Shown: in pieces, positions 35,572-46,274 of the stretch
Numbering within the stretch: the first letter of the stretch is position 1
Layout of the letters: every line of letters starts with the position of its first letter
Source of the DNA: Bacilli bacterium
GTDB taxonomy: Bacteria; Bacillota_I; Bacilli_A; RFN20; CAG-826
DNA length: 64,000 nucleotides
Direction: 5' to 3'
Assembly (NCBI GenBank): GCA_045130875.1
Contig: JBGUQI010000011.1
Span: forward strand, 73,828-137,827
The notes under the pieces: generated by a model
Told to the model about the DNA's origin: nothing
The model's database searches: none
What the model saw: only the letters and a program-made list of their open reading frames with translations
Made by a program: the position numbers and the translations under genes

Positions 35572-38091
35572 TTATTCCTTCCTAGCTTTAATTCTATAAA
35601 CACCAGAATCCACGCAAACATTTGCTGGAGACTTCTCTCCATTTAATTCTATCTCATCATAATCAAAGATGAGGTTTGCTTTTGTATTTGCGGGTATTTT
35701 GACTTCAAATTCTACGCAATTCCCTTGTTTTTTCCAATTTGAAACGATTTTGCCTTTAATTGAATCAAAAGAACATTCCACAAAATCCATATCTTCTGGA
35801 ACATGTGGATGAATAGTGATTTCGTTCTTATATAAATCTTCATGAACGATACCACCTAAATAACGATAGAACATCGCATCATAACTACCAAACATCGGGT
35901 GATCAAAACTATCCATGATGTTGAACATCTCAAGTTCCCATCTCTCCCACACTGTGGTGGCACCATTCTTCACCATAAATCCCCATCCAGGATATTCTGG
36001 ATTCTTTAAAGCTTTAAGTGCTAGATCGATATAGCCGTATTCACATAATAAATAGAAGACATGTCTATATCCTTGATTACCACATGTGAGGTGGTAATTA
36101 TTTTTAATAATGTTATCCACCATATTCTGAACAACTTTCTTTTTGTTCTCTTCTGGACAGATACCAAGCGATACCGCAATTGCGTTCTCCGCTTGTCTAT
36201 TAAGAGAATAATATCCCTCTTCGTGATAATACTTTTCGTTCAAGGACTTATCGCTCTCTTTGGCCATCTTCATATATTTCTCAGCATCTAATTTATGACC
36301 AGCAATATCCGCTAAACGGGATAAGACTTTTAAATGCCAATTCAAGAACATAGAAGAGATAAATATTGAATCAGAGAAACTGTCTTCTAATTTATCTGGA
36401 TTTACCCAATCGGCATAATAGTAATAATCCATGACATAGTCATTCTGTCTAGTTAAGAGATAATCAACCCATCTCTTACACCATGGATACTGTTCTTTAA
36501 CTAACTCTACATCGCCATATAAAACATAAGCGTGAAGCGCTAATAAAAGATATGACACACTAGTGGTATCTGCAGGTTGTCCACCGGTATAGAATGGCGC
36601 AGTATCACTAATTGCACCTTCTTCATTCATCGTTTGATTGATATCATTGCTGACCTTGCGATACATCGCGGAACAATCAAAGTTATAAACTTGTTGATAA
36701 GTTCTTGCGGATAAATCATTGAGCCAACCAAATCTCTCATCTCTTTGAGGGCAGTCAGTAAATATACTATGTACATTGTTTTCTTCTGTAACCTTCGCCA
36801 TATGATGGAGTTGATTAATAACTTTATCAGAACAATGGAAATGTCCAGTCTGTCTTAAATTGGTGTGGATATGTTCTCCCACTATTTCTAAGATTTCTGC
36901 TTCACCATCAATGAGGGCTTCCACAAATTGGAATCCATGATAGGTAAATCTTGGAGCCCATTCTTCAATGCCTTCACCTTTTAAAATATATTTATCAATA
37001 CATTTCGCACTTCTTAAATTCAACTGATTGGCATGACCATCTTTAGTAACACCTTCTGCGAACTTCAAAGTGATAGTTGTGCCTTCCTTACCTTTTACTC
37101 TAATTCGGGCCCATCCAGCGAGGTTTTGATGGAAATCGTAAACTATATCATTTTTGGAGAATTCCTTGTAAATCTCGCCTTTAAAGTCGCATAAATGTTC
37201 AATATCAGGGATTTGTTGTAACGTTTTCTTTCCCTTTTCTTCTTGAGTGAGGATGGTATACATCCAACCATTATCCCAAGCAGGAACAAATTCTCTACTT
37301 GTCCAGTTAGGGGCAGTGAGTTTTTCTAATCTCGCATCATAGGTTTCTCCACCATAAATACTATTCTCAATTGTGGGAGAACCAGAAGCCCACCAACCAA
37401 AGCAACAAGTGGAATGATCTTCATATTCTGTGCCATCTTCATATTCAATATAGAACTGGGCTAATAGTTTGCGATGACCAAACCAACCATAACCAACTTC
37501 CACACCGATGATGTTGCTCTTCTTCTCAGATAGAGCATCGGTGAAATTGTAAGCTTTATATAATAAAGTTTGATTATAATCAGTCACGCCAGGAGCTAAT
37601 AAGGCTTTACCAATCTTCTTACCATTAACAAAGAATTCATGGTAACCAAGACCGATGATATACGCTCTGGCTTTTTTAATCTTTTTCTCTTCAAGTTTTA
37701 ATTCTTTTCTGAAGAAAAGTGTTCCACCATTAAAGTTATTAGGAATGGACACCCATTTGCCCTTCCATTCCTCATCCTTCAAAGTGGTTTCAAAATGAGA
37801 AGTCTTTTCTGCCACTTCACCATTTTCGGCTTTGACAATCAATTTGACGAATACGTCATGGCGGGAAGGAATTTCCCTCCCACCATAGACGATATTAGTC
37901 TGTTCATTAGAAGTAATCTCTTTGGAGTCCCAATAATCACCATCATTATCACAAGTAGAACTTACAACAATGCGGTAAGATTGCTGTTTCAAAGAGGTTT
38001 CTGCCTCAAGGATCCACGAAAAGATAAATGGAGCCTCTAAACAAAATGGGTTCTCATTATTATTAATAATGAATGATGATATCTTGAACAT
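35572..38091 (-). CDS. Alpha-L-rhamnosidase, GH78 (paralog of 16494..19052)
   Basis: 839 aa with motifs [21 protein letters not shown] and [12 protein letters not shown]. Collinear similarity to 16494..19052 over its whole length. Confidence 0.9.
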   Translation of the reverse strand: MFKISSFIINNNENPFCLEAPFIFSWILEAETSLKQQSYRIVVSSTCDNDGDYWDSKEITSNEQTNIVYGGREIPSRHDVFVKLIVKAENGEVAEKTSHFETTLKDEEWKGKWVSIPNNFNGGTLFFRKELKLEEKKIKKARAYIIGLGYHEFFVNGKKIGKALLAPGVTDYNQTLLYKAYNFTDALSEKKSNIIGVEVGYGWFGHRKLLAQFYIEYEDGTEYEDHSTCCFGWWASGSPTIENSIYGGETYDARLEKLTAPNWTSREFVPAWDNGWMYTILTQEEKGKKTLQQIPDIEHLCDFKGEIYKEFSKNDIVYDFHQNLAGWARIRVKGKEGTTITLKFAEGVTKDGHANQLNLRSAKCIDKYILKGEGIEEWAPRFTYHGFQFVEALIDGEAEILEIVGEHIHTNLRQTGHFHCSDKVINQLHHMAKVTEENNVHSIFTDCPQRDERFGWLNDLSARTYQQVYNFDCSAMYRKVSNDINQTMNEEGAISDTAPFYTGGQPADTTSVSYLLLALHAYVLYGDVELVKEQYPWCKRWVDYLLTRQNDYVMDYYYYADWVNPDKLEDSFSDSIFISSMFLNWHLKVLSRLADIAGHKLDAEKYMKMAKESDKSLNEKYYHEEGYYSLNRQAENAIAVSLGICPEENKKKVVQNMVDNIIKNNYHLTCGNQGYRHVFYLLCEYGYIDLALKALKNPEYPGWGFMVKNGATTVWERWELEMFNIMDSFDHPMFGSYDAMFYRYLGGIVHEDLYKNEITIHPHVPEDMDFVECSFDSIKGKIVSNWKKQGNCVEFEVKIPANTKANLIFDYDEIELNGEKSPANVCVDSGVYRIKARKE

Positions 38092-38115
38092 AAGATTTAC
38101 TCCTTTATGAAGTTA

Positions 38116-41100
38116 TTATTTTTGTTTTCTCTTTTTAGAGATGAGTAATGCTGCACCCGCTAAAGTGATGACAGAAATAACCGCGCTAGCAGCGACGATG
38201 CTACCACCACAGCCCTTCTTGGCTGGAGCTTTAGCTTCGACGACTGTAATCTTTGCAGCCGCGCTATATTCTTTACCATCGATAGTAACGGTAATAACAA
38301 CATTTTGTTCACCTAATTCCTCGGTGTTCAAACCAGTGATAGTCGCACCAGTTAAACTGACTTTTTCACCTTGTTTGCCACTAGCCCAAACGAAGTAAGC
38401 TTCAACTTGAGATAAATCAACATCTGCTAAAGCAGTACCTTGTTTCACTTCGATAGCACCACGGATTTCAATACCAGTGATGACATCGCTAACGGTAACG
38501 GCGATTGTGCCTGTCTTAGTTTCTTGACCTTCTTCACTTAATGTGACGGTGATGTTACATGTACCTTCACCAACACCCTTAATGACACCATTTGGAGAAA
38601 CGGTAGCCACTGCTTCATTGCTAGAAGCATAAGTGAATTTACCGGTTGTGGCGTTGGTAGGAACTCTTGTCGCACCAGCGGAAACGCTTTCACCGACATT
38701 GATAGCAATTGTGTCGGAACCTAATTCCATGTCAGTATATGGAACATATAAGCCCCAAACGTTGCCATCATATCTGTAGGTGATTTGATCGACGACATAA
38801 CCTTCGATAATGGCTTCACCAGTACCCGCAATTGGGGAACCTTGTCCACCGGCATCAAAGATGTTACCAGTCCATTTATATAATGGAGTGTTGGCATCGA
38901 TGGTAATCATGTCGCCTGCTAAGTAGTAATCATTGTAATTGTCGACATCTAATGTCACTGGATTACCTTGATCATCTTTAAATTGTGGGAATAAAGCGAG
39001 GTTTTCTGCTAAGAAGTAGAAACCTAATTGAATGGTTGTACCATCTTTTCTGGTGTAGTGAACTTTGTTCGCATAATCAGTTAATGGGATAAAGTCATTA
39101 TTTGTGAAGTTCGCTTTATTAGTGGAAGTATTGGTAAATTGAATGAATGTTGAATAAGCAAACCAGTCAACGATACCGACTTCGTGAACTTTTTGATCGT
39201 ATAAGCTATAGACATTCACAGTGATAGATGTTTCATATTCAACACCTTCAATAGTGACTGTCACGCCTAATTCCACTTCACCCTCTTCGGAAGTATCTAG
39301 AGCATCTAAGACAACCGCGGAAGCAGGAACTTGCATATCCGCACTTGTGCTGTCATCTTCAAACACAAACTTAACAGTTGTGAGGTTTGGATGGAATTCT
39401 GCTGGATCAGAATTTAATAAAACGGAATAGTAGTTATAAACACCAACGAGTTGAATACCTTTAATTTCTTTAGCAGGTAAAACTCTGACGTTTAATGCTT
39501 TGCTAACTGAACCAACGGTTGCAGTAATAACAGCTTCACCTTCGGCAACACCGGTGACAACACCAGCGGCACTAACGGTAGCAACTTCTTCAGCAGAGGA
39601 AGAATATGTAGGTGTTGCATAGGTTCCTTCTGGAGTTAAGACGACTTCTGTCGCAGCGGCTTCACCAACGGAAATCATAGTTTTTCCAGTAAATGTGAAG
39701 TCTGTTGGTTCACCAACATATTTATGATAGGCAGCGCCGTCAAAGACGAATTTAAGATCGGTCTTTAAGATATGGGTAATAATGTATTCTCCATCACCAC
39801 CAGGAGCAAAGTTATTAACTGTGCCACTATATTGATAGTTTGGGGTTCCTTCTTTAATGGTAATTGTGTCACCAGCTTTCACGGCAGGGACATCATCTTT
39901 GAACCAGAATTCTAATCTACCACCACCTAGTTGGGTGACTTGTTTTAAAACATTATTAGTATTATTGATGTAGAAAAGTTCGTTGATGACCGCTAATTCA
40001 GTCGCGGATAATGACACATAATGGCCAATATCTGGAATATTGTTAAAAACAATATAGAAGTTGCTTTGCCATGGAGAATTGTTGCCAAATGAAAACCCTT
40101 CTGTATATTCAAATGTGGCTTCTGGATAGTAAACATCCCAGTAAGCGCCAGTAACACCGTTTTCTAAATTACATTCAAATGTAACTGCTTTGGTAATTTT
40201 GTATTTATTTCCCTTAGAATCAACAAATTCTAAACCGGCTTCAAAACTTAATTTGTAACCTTTGTAATCACATCCATTGCCTCTGTCGATGCAGAGTTGG
40301 TTTCCAACTTCTTCGACCAATGGTAATGTAACTTCTGTACCTTGGGCATTAAATAAGTGGGCTTTACCGCCTAAATCAACTGCTTTCCAATAATCACAAT
40401 CGAGGTATGGAGTAAATTCCACTGCAATACCTAAACCAGCAAAACTAGCAATGTTTTGGTTAGAAACGCCGCTAACTGCAACGGGTGTGGCATCTTGTTC
40501 GACAACTTTGGTCCAATAAGCACCAGTAACACCGTTTTCTAAATTACATACAAATGTGGCACCTTCATTAAGTGCATATCTGTTTCCTTTAGAGTCAACG
40601 AAAGATAAATCGGCATCAAAAACTATTTTGTAACCGTTATAATTGCAGCCGTTACCTCTATCAATACAAAGCTGTTGGCCAACCTCTTCAACTTTTGGTA
40701 ATGTGACTTCTGCTTCTGTGGCGTCATACAAATGAATTTTGCCGCCAACATTGACTTCTGCCCAATAATCACAATCGAGGTATGGATTAAACTCAACAGA
40801 AATACCATTGCCAGCAAAGCCAGCAATATTTTGGTTTGCAACCGCGCTAACTGATACTAAGTTAATGGCACTAGATTCCCAGTAATAACCTGTAGATCCA
40901 TTAGCACCATAACAATAGAATGTTTTTTCAGCGGTGTTCGTCCAGGTGTTACCGGTTGAGAGGGTGAATGATAAATCGGCATCAAATTTAATAGAATAAC
41001 CATAGAAATCTGTTCCACCGTTTCTACCGATACAAAGTTGTTGCCCAACTTCTTCGACTGTTGGCAATGTGACTTCTGTGCCTGTCGCATCATACAAGTG

Positions 41101-41334
41101 TATTTTGTTATTAACATTAACAGGTTGCCAATAATCAGCATCTAAGTATGGGCTAAATTCAACGGAAATGCCTAAGCCAGCAAAACCAGCAATATTTTGG
41201 TTAGCTACTGCCGCAACTTCAAAGGTTTTGTTTTCAGCTTTCGCCATTTTCATTGATTCTTGCGCTACCGCGGGAACTGCAGATATTGCTAGTCCGAATA
41301 GAGCAAGTGATAAATAAAATCCTTTTTTAATCAT
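38116..41334 (-). CDS. Tail-anchored surface protein: three tandem ~122-aa Cys-containing repeats, Big_2-like Ig domains, C-terminal KKGCGGS-TM-KKRKQK anchor
   Basis: 1072 aa with a signal peptide (AVPAVAQE). It has three N-terminal repeats. Big_2-type segments include VATVSAAGVVTGVAEGEAVITATVG and VATVSPNGVIKGVGEGTCNITVTL. The C-terminus is a TM helix plus a basic tail. Confidence 0.65.
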   Translation of the reverse strand: MIKKGFYLSLALFGLAISAVPAVAQESMKMAKAENKTFEVAAVANQNIAGFAGLGISVEFSPYLDADYWQPVNVNNKIHLYDATGTEVTLPTVEEVGQQLCIGRNGGTDFYGYSIKFDADLSFTLSTGNTWTNTAEKTFYCYGANGSTGYYWESSAINLVSVSAVANQNIAGFAGNGISVEFNPYLDCDYWAEVNVGGKIHLYDATEAEVTLPKVEEVGQQLCIDRGNGCNYNGYKIVFDADLSFVDSKGNRYALNEGATFVCNLENGVTGAYWTKVVEQDATPVAVSGVSNQNIASFAGLGIAVEFTPYLDCDYWKAVDLGGKAHLFNAQGTEVTLPLVEEVGNQLCIDRGNGCDYKGYKLSFEAGLEFVDSKGNKYKITKAVTFECNLENGVTGAYWDVYYPEATFEYTEGFSFGNNSPWQSNFYIVFNNIPDIGHYVSLSATELAVINELFYINNTNNVLKQVTQLGGGRLEFWFKDDVPAVKAGDTITIKEGTPNYQYSGTVNNFAPGGDGEYIITHILKTDLKFVFDGAAYHKYVGEPTDFTFTGKTMISVGEAAATEVVLTPEGTYATPTYSSSAEEVATVSAAGVVTGVAEGEAVITATVGSVSKALNVRVLPAKEIKGIQLVGVYNYYSVLLNSDPAEFHPNLTTVKFVFEDDSTSADMQVPASAVVLDALDTSEEGEVELGVTVTIEGVEYETSITVNVYSLYDQKVHEVGIVDWFAYSTFIQFTNTSTNKANFTNNDFIPLTDYANKVHYTRKDGTTIQLGFYFLAENLALFPQFKDDQGNPVTLDVDNYNDYYLAGDMITIDANTPLYKWTGNIFDAGGQGSPIAGTGEAIIEGYVVDQITYRYDGNVWGLYVPYTDMELGSDTIAINVGESVSAGATRVPTNATTGKFTYASSNEAVATVSPNGVIKGVGEGTCNITVTLSEEGQETKTGTIAVTVSDVITGIEIRGAIEVKQGTALADVDLSQVEAYFVWASGKQGEKVSLTGATITGLNTEELGEQNVVITVTIDGKEYSAAAKITVVEAKAPAKKGCGGSIVAASAVISVITLAGAALLISKKRKQK
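40138..41217 (-). repeat. Three tandem in-frame coding repeats (periods 366 and 375 nt)
   Basis: Protein repeats start at VANQNIAGFAG (residues 45, 167, 292) and share (F/T)PYLD(A/C)DYW, H L(Y/F), EVTLP.VEEVG.QLCI.R and TGAYW. The DNA copies are still recognisable, e.g. ccaataatcacaatcgaggtatgg near 40390 and 40762. Confidence 0.8.
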
Positions 41335-41373
41335 GCTTTAACTCCTTTCTAAAAAATGGTTTTATTTAGTTTT

Positions 41374-42651
41374 TTAATTTCTCTTTTCAATTTTTGATGT
41401 ATATACCGCTCCTTTCTCATCTACGAGAGAGGCGTAGTAAAAATTAGCCCCTTCTCTAATTTTTGTTTCTATTATTGTTGTGGTTACTAAATTAGATGCA
41501 TCCAAAGTAGATGATCTCCAAGATGTATCTTTATTAACCACCTCATCCATTGTGAAGAAAATCTCTCCCTCTAATATCTTTCTTCCTTCAGGAATGGTTA
41601 TGGAAAGATGACCTTCATCAATGAATGTAATTTTTAATTTTTCTTTCTTTGCTAGGACATTGTCCGCAAATAAGAATTGTTCCACTCTATCCAAAGCGTG
41701 GGCATGACTATGTAATAGTCTATTAATAACTGCTAAGTAGCCATTCTTCATAGAAGGAACTACTAGAGAAGCAGAATTGATGTTTGAGTATTGATCAGCA
41801 TTACTACCGATGTATAAAAATGGAGTGTTCACATATTTTAGTGGTTCAGCATTATCAAATGGTTCAAAGCTACGATGAGATTCGAGATAGGTTTTAATAG
41901 GAGCGCTATCATCTAACATGTCTGTCATGCAATAGAATGGAATAGCAAAGGCAAACCTATCATCATATCCAGAGATAATGGAGGTAATATATCCACCCCA
42001 AGAAACTCCGCATACGCCAATCTTATAAGGATTTACACCCGCAAAATGATGGAGGAAAGAATTGGCGATAATCGAGGTACGACAAGCATAATGCAACCAT
42101 GTCAAAGTGACATCCTCATTTTCATCGCCGAGATTTTGATTGTGAGGTGCTGTATAGGTAGACGCATGATATAAATTTGCAGGGCCATCACCAATGGTTC
42201 CGGTCTTGTTTGGAACATGTCCTTCTAAATCAATCGCTAAAGCGACATAGCCTCTTTCTTTCCAAGCATTAACCCATTCATAATAAGCGGTACCTCCGCC
42301 ACCATGGAGTAATAACACTGCGGGTTTATCTTTGAGTTCGCCTTCCGGCAAACCTAAGTAGGCGAAAGCATAGCTTTCATGACCGTTATAATCACTTCTA
42401 ATATATAAAGCTTTGCATCCTTGATTATCTAATTCTTCATCAAAGAAATATTCTGGCTCTTGCCAATAAGACGTATCAAAAGGAACGGCATCTATCTCTT
42501 TATAAACTGGCTCGTTATGCATAATTCTTGTCTCCTCTTCTTCACTGCTACTACTGGGTTGAGAATTGGATGAATTTCCACCCTTACCTGAGGTAGAACA
42601 GGCAGCGAGCAATAATCCGACAAATAAAAGTCCCCATCTTTTAATAGCCAT
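41374..42651 (-). CDS. Alpha/beta-hydrolase esterase lipoprotein (paralog of the N-terminal half of 14032..16494)
   Basis: 425 aa with lipobox LLLAA|CSTS and a Ser-rich linker. Motifs AVLLLHGGGGTAYYEW and nucleophile elbow GVSWGG. Confidence 0.75.
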   Translation of the reverse strand: MAIKRWGLLFVGLLLAACSTSGKGGNSSNSQPSSSSEEEETRIMHNEPVYKEIDAVPFDTSYWQEPEYFFDEELDNQGCKALYIRSDYNGHESYAFAYLGLPEGELKDKPAVLLLHGGGGTAYYEWVNAWKERGYVALAIDLEGHVPNKTGTIGDGPANLYHASTYTAPHNQNLGDENEDVTLTWLHYACRTSIIANSFLHHFAGVNPYKIGVCGVSWGGYITSIISGYDDRFAFAIPFYCMTDMLDDSAPIKTYLESHRSFEPFDNAEPLKYVNTPFLYIGSNADQYSNINSASLVVPSMKNGYLAVINRLLHSHAHALDRVEQFLFADNVLAKKEKLKITFIDEGHLSITIPEGRKILEGEIFFTMDEVVNKDTSWRSSTLDASNLVTTTIIETKIREGANFYYASLVDEKGAVYTSKIEKRN

Positions 42652-44476
42652 AATGTAATCTCCCTATCGGCATAGAATCACCAGAGATGTAATAATCCAT
42701 CACATCTTCAGGATGGGTGATGTTATCAGTAATCTTGAATTCGATATCCACGGTATCATTTGCCTCGATTAATGAACGTGGTATCGCTAATTGCATAACC
42801 TTACCATTGATAGCGATGTCGGCCTCACCAACCTTAGTGAAGTTATACCCACCATCGCATCTTTCTACGCTTGCTTTATCGGCGTTCGCGCTTCTATTGA
42901 TGACATAGTTAAATCCCATGAAGTTGTTGTTAGAATCTTTAGTTTTGATAAAGACATTCATGAAGTTCAAATCGTTATTATCTCTTAATGTAATGTCTTC
43001 CAAACATTCAATGTAGAAATATAAATTTGATGCAGAATGTGCCACTTTTGCAGCGGAAATGTCATTTCTGGCGCTATTATCGGTATAACGTAAGCCATTA
43101 ACTGCGCCTTCAAAATCTCTATTGATTGCGTCATGTGATAGATCGGAATAACCCTTAATCACACTCCAAAGTGGAGAGACACCATTTTTGATATCGATGT
43201 TATAGGAAGACTTTTTATATTTCACAAATGGTTCATATTTAAAATCACGAACGTTCTTGATTAGTTGAAGGAGATAATTATCGTTATATCCGCCTTTCAT
43301 CATCTCGATATCACGAGAGTATTCGTAATTATAGACATCCACCATATGCCATGAATCACTACCTACATAGCTCTTGATAGCCATCCATTCATTGAAGGAA
43401 CACACTAAAGCATTAGTGACGTTATAATGGTCATCTAATGCGGTATCCCACATCTGTTGGAAACTCAAGCCTTCATCGATATCACCTTCGATATGACCGG
43501 TCTTATTGTTATAGCCTCTAGAACATTCTGGGTCTTTATAAGAAACAGAAATGCGAGAATGAGAATGCTGCGCCACTGGAACGGCAATAGAGCCATTATG
43601 GATTCTTTGAGGATAATCCCAACTCATCCAAGGAATGGAATTATCATTATGGTTACCATTAGGCCATTCAGATTCTCTGACATCGAAGAATTCACACATT
43701 TCTTCATCTACGAAATTATCCCAACCAGGATAATACTTGGTTTGATCTGACGCCCCATTATTATTGACAGTAATACCGATGATTAATGGTTTTCCGTTAG
43801 GAGCAAACCAAAGGTTTGAATACTTATCAAATTGATAGAATTTATAATATAAGTCTCTTACTGTATCACCAGAATAAGAGTTCGTGTAGAAAGTCACTTT
43901 AGGAATATTCTTTCCTTCTTGATGCCAGGTATTTAATAAGTCTAATAAAGTGGTAATTGAATCTTGGTAGACCACTCTATTGGTCATATCGATACAGATA
44001 TAATCAATACCTGCTGCTCTAAAGAGTTCCATATGTCTAGTTAAAACCCATGGATCTCTGGTGTTGTAATAACCATATAGAGGTTCTCCCCAGAAATGGA
44101 ATTCGTTCATACGAGAATATTCACTATCTTCTGTGGTATATAGATGCGCTCTACCTTCTTCAGTAGATTCCAAAGAAGTAATGTTATAAATCGCTGTTTG
44201 TTGGCTCTTATGTTGTCCTAACCACATGGAATAGAAGAGACCCACATATTTTGTGGATTTTTTAGGACCATCCACTCTTTCAATGACTCTTCCGACTTCG
44301 TCTTCGCCGCATAAGTTATAAAGGGAATAATCTTCCATCGATAAATTACGGTTATCTTCTTCGCCATCTTTTGGACCAGATTGTGAACTACTAGAAGCAA
44401 CACCACTTCCAGTACAGCAAGTTAAAGAAGCAACAACTAAAAAAAAGGGAACTAAATACTTCTTATTAATAGCCAT
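42641..44476 (-). CDS. Lipoprotein, putative glycoside hydrolase of an uncharacterised GH71/GH99/WbsX-like TIM-barrel type plus C-terminal beta-sandwich
   Basis: 611 aa with lipobox (SLT|CC). Blocks: VGLFYSMWLG, FHFWGEPLYGYYNTRDPWVLTRHMELFRAAGIDYICIDMTN, CSFNEWMA, and the C-terminal motif YYISGDSMPIGRLHYGY. Tandem paralog of 44466..46268. Confidence 0.45.
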   Translation of the reverse strand: MAINKKYLVPFFLVVASLTCCTGSGVASSSSQSGPKDGEEDNRNLSMEDYSLYNLCGEDEVGRVIERVDGPKKSTKYVGLFYSMWLGQHKSQQTAIYNITSLESTEEGRAHLYTTEDSEYSRMNEFHFWGEPLYGYYNTRDPWVLTRHMELFRAAGIDYICIDMTNRVVYQDSITTLLDLLNTWHQEGKNIPKVTFYTNSYSGDTVRDLYYKFYQFDKYSNLWFAPNGKPLIIGITVNNNGASDQTKYYPGWDNFVDEEMCEFFDVRESEWPNGNHNDNSIPWMSWDYPQRIHNGSIAVPVAQHSHSRISVSYKDPECSRGYNNKTGHIEGDIDEGLSFQQMWDTALDDHYNVTNALVCSFNEWMAIKSYVGSDSWHMVDVYNYEYSRDIEMMKGGYNDNYLLQLIKNVRDFKYEPFVKYKKSSYNIDIKNGVSPLWSVIKGYSDLSHDAINRDFEGAVNGLRYTDNSARNDISAAKVAHSASNLYFYIECLEDITLRDNNDLNFMNVFIKTKDSNNNFMGFNYVINRSANADKASVERCDGGYNFTKVGEADIAINGKVMQLAIPRSLIEANDTVDIEFKITDNITHPEDVMDYYISGDSMPIGRLHYGY

Positions 44477-46268
44477 AAGTATAACTTAACCTCCCTATTG
44501 GAGCGCAGTCGCCTGAGACATAATAATCTTGGATATCACTTTGTTCTTGGATGTTATCACAAACTTTAATACCCACTTCAAAATGCTTGGCGTCTCTATT
44601 AATCGCACTAAGTGGAATTGAATATTGAATAACGTTATTTTGATAAGCCACATCACCTTGGCCAACTTCAGATGGTCTAAAGTCTTTATTCAATTTTTCA
44701 ATTGAGGCTTTACCATTTTCTCTACTTCTATTGATGATATAGCTAAAGCTAGCGAACGAATCTTCATTATCTCCGATAGAAATCATGACGTTCATCCAAG
44801 CTTTATCAGTAGAAATTGGTTCAGTGATGTCATCTTTAGTTTCAACACGGATATAGAAATTGTTTTCATCATGAGTCACATATGTGTTGACGATGTCATT
44901 TCTATTCGTGGTGTCATAATATCTATCCATTCTATCCGCACGATAGAAATCTCTTTCCATGGCGTCGCCTTCAAAGTCCTTATAAAGGGCTTTCACGCCT
45001 TCCCATTGACTTGCTTCAAAGTTATTTACATCAATCGTATGAGTTTCATATTTATAATGAACTGGTTCAGTAAAGGCATATTTTTTAATATTTCTAGAGA
45101 ATTGGAGATAGAAATTATCACCATATCCACCTTTCATCATTTCCATATCACGGGAATATAATTCATTGAATGTATCAACGAAGAAGACTTGGTCTTCTCC
45201 ATCCACCATCTTCTGGGCAATCCATTCATTCCATCCAGTAACAAAGACATTATTGATACTGTCATAATTATCAAAGACAGTTTTCCATTGTCCTTCGACA
45301 TTCGTGCCCATTCTCGCGGAAGCTTCATCATTTTGGAAAGTCGTATAGTTAAATCCACGACCATGATTAGTGCCACTTCCTTCAGACATTCTCATACCTG
45401 GGTGTTGGGCTAAAGAAACGGATATCGTTCCACTGTAATTTAACTGTGGGTAATCCCAATCCATCCAAGGGAATCCTTCTCTTCTATTGAATCTATTGGC
45501 GTCAGGCCATTGAGATTCTCTGATATAGAAGAAACTACTGATTTCATTAAATTCTTCTTCGGTACAAACACGATACAAATCATCAGCTTGTCCGATGATT
45601 AATGGGTGTTCACCATCCATCCTGTACCAGAGGCTAGAGTAACGATCGTTCTTGTAGAATAAGTCGTAACATCTCTTCATCGTCTGCCCACTGGCGGAAT
45701 TGGTGTAAAACGCCACTTTAGGGACGTTAAATCCCTGTTGTTGATATTTATCTAAAACCGCGAATATCGCGTTGATAGCGTCGGTATAAATAACGGTATT
45801 GGTCAAATCGTAGACCAAGTAGTCGACACCCGCCATTGTGAAGAGTTCAACATGACGAGTAATAACCCATGGATCGGAGGAATGATAATAACCATATAAT
45901 GGCTGTCCCCAATGATGGAACGCCTTGATTGGTGAGCTATCGTTACCTTGGGGATCCCATAATGATTCGGGGTCATTTTCTAGTAATTGTGTAATATCAA
46001 AGATACCGGTGTTATGAGTGCCATGCCATACATGGTAGAAGACACCGACTTTCTTATCTTCTTTTCTTAAATCACCAATTGTGGTGACTCTTCCATATTC
46101 ATCGATACCAGCGATGTTATTGACGGTATATTCTTGAGGGGTGATGTCTCTTTCATCATCCACACGGATAATGGGTTGTTCAGAACTGCTATTATTTTGT
46201 TTCTTGCTATTGCAAGCGGACAAAACCATCGGGATGATAAAGGCAATCAATAACTTTCGACTAAACAT
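44466..46268 (-). CDS. Lipoprotein, paralog of 42641..44476 (putative uncharacterised glycoside hydrolase)
   Basis: 600 aa with lipobox VLSA|CNS. Blocks: VGVFYHVWHG, FHHWGQPLYGYYHSSDPWVITRHVELFTMAGVDYLVYDLTN, TGWNEWIA, and the C-terminal motif YYVSGDCAPIGRLSYTYGY. Confidence 0.45.
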   Translation of the reverse strand: MFSRKLLIAFIIPMVLSACNSKKQNNSSSEQPIIRVDDERDITPQEYTVNNIAGIDEYGRVTTIGDLRKEDKKVGVFYHVWHGTHNTGIFDITQLLENDPESLWDPQGNDSSPIKAFHHWGQPLYGYYHSSDPWVITRHVELFTMAGVDYLVYDLTNTVIYTDAINAIFAVLDKYQQQGFNVPKVAFYTNSASGQTMKRCYDLFYKNDRYSSLWYRMDGEHPLIIGQADDLYRVCTEEEFNEISSFFYIRESQWPDANRFNRREGFPWMDWDYPQLNYSGTISVSLAQHPGMRMSEGSGTNHGRGFNYTTFQNDEASARMGTNVEGQWKTVFDNYDSINNVFVTGWNEWIAQKMVDGEDQVFFVDTFNELYSRDMEMMKGGYGDNFYLQFSRNIKKYAFTEPVHYKYETHTIDVNNFEASQWEGVKALYKDFEGDAMERDFYRADRMDRYYDTTNRNDIVNTYVTHDENNFYIRVETKDDITEPISTDKAWMNVMISIGDNEDSFASFSYIINRSRENGKASIEKLNKDFRPSEVGQGDVAYQNNVIQYSIPLSAINRDAKHFEVGIKVCDNIQEQSDIQDYYVSGDCAPIGRLSYTYGY

Positions 46269-46274
46269 AAATCA

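Noticed and set aside
40138-41217. Periodic DNA repeats that might be taken for a CRISPR array or satellite
   Set aside because: The period is 366-375 nt, in frame, inside one long ORF with conserved protein modules. There are no short direct repeats with unique spacers and no cas genes.
44439-44446. A8/T8 homopolymer in the signal-peptide coding region of lipoprotein 42641..44476, a possible slipped-strand phase-variation switch
   Set aside because: Runs of 7-8 A/T are frequent throughout this AT-rich window, both in coding and spacer DNA. There is no evidence of length heterogeneity from a single sequence. It could be revisited with population reads.
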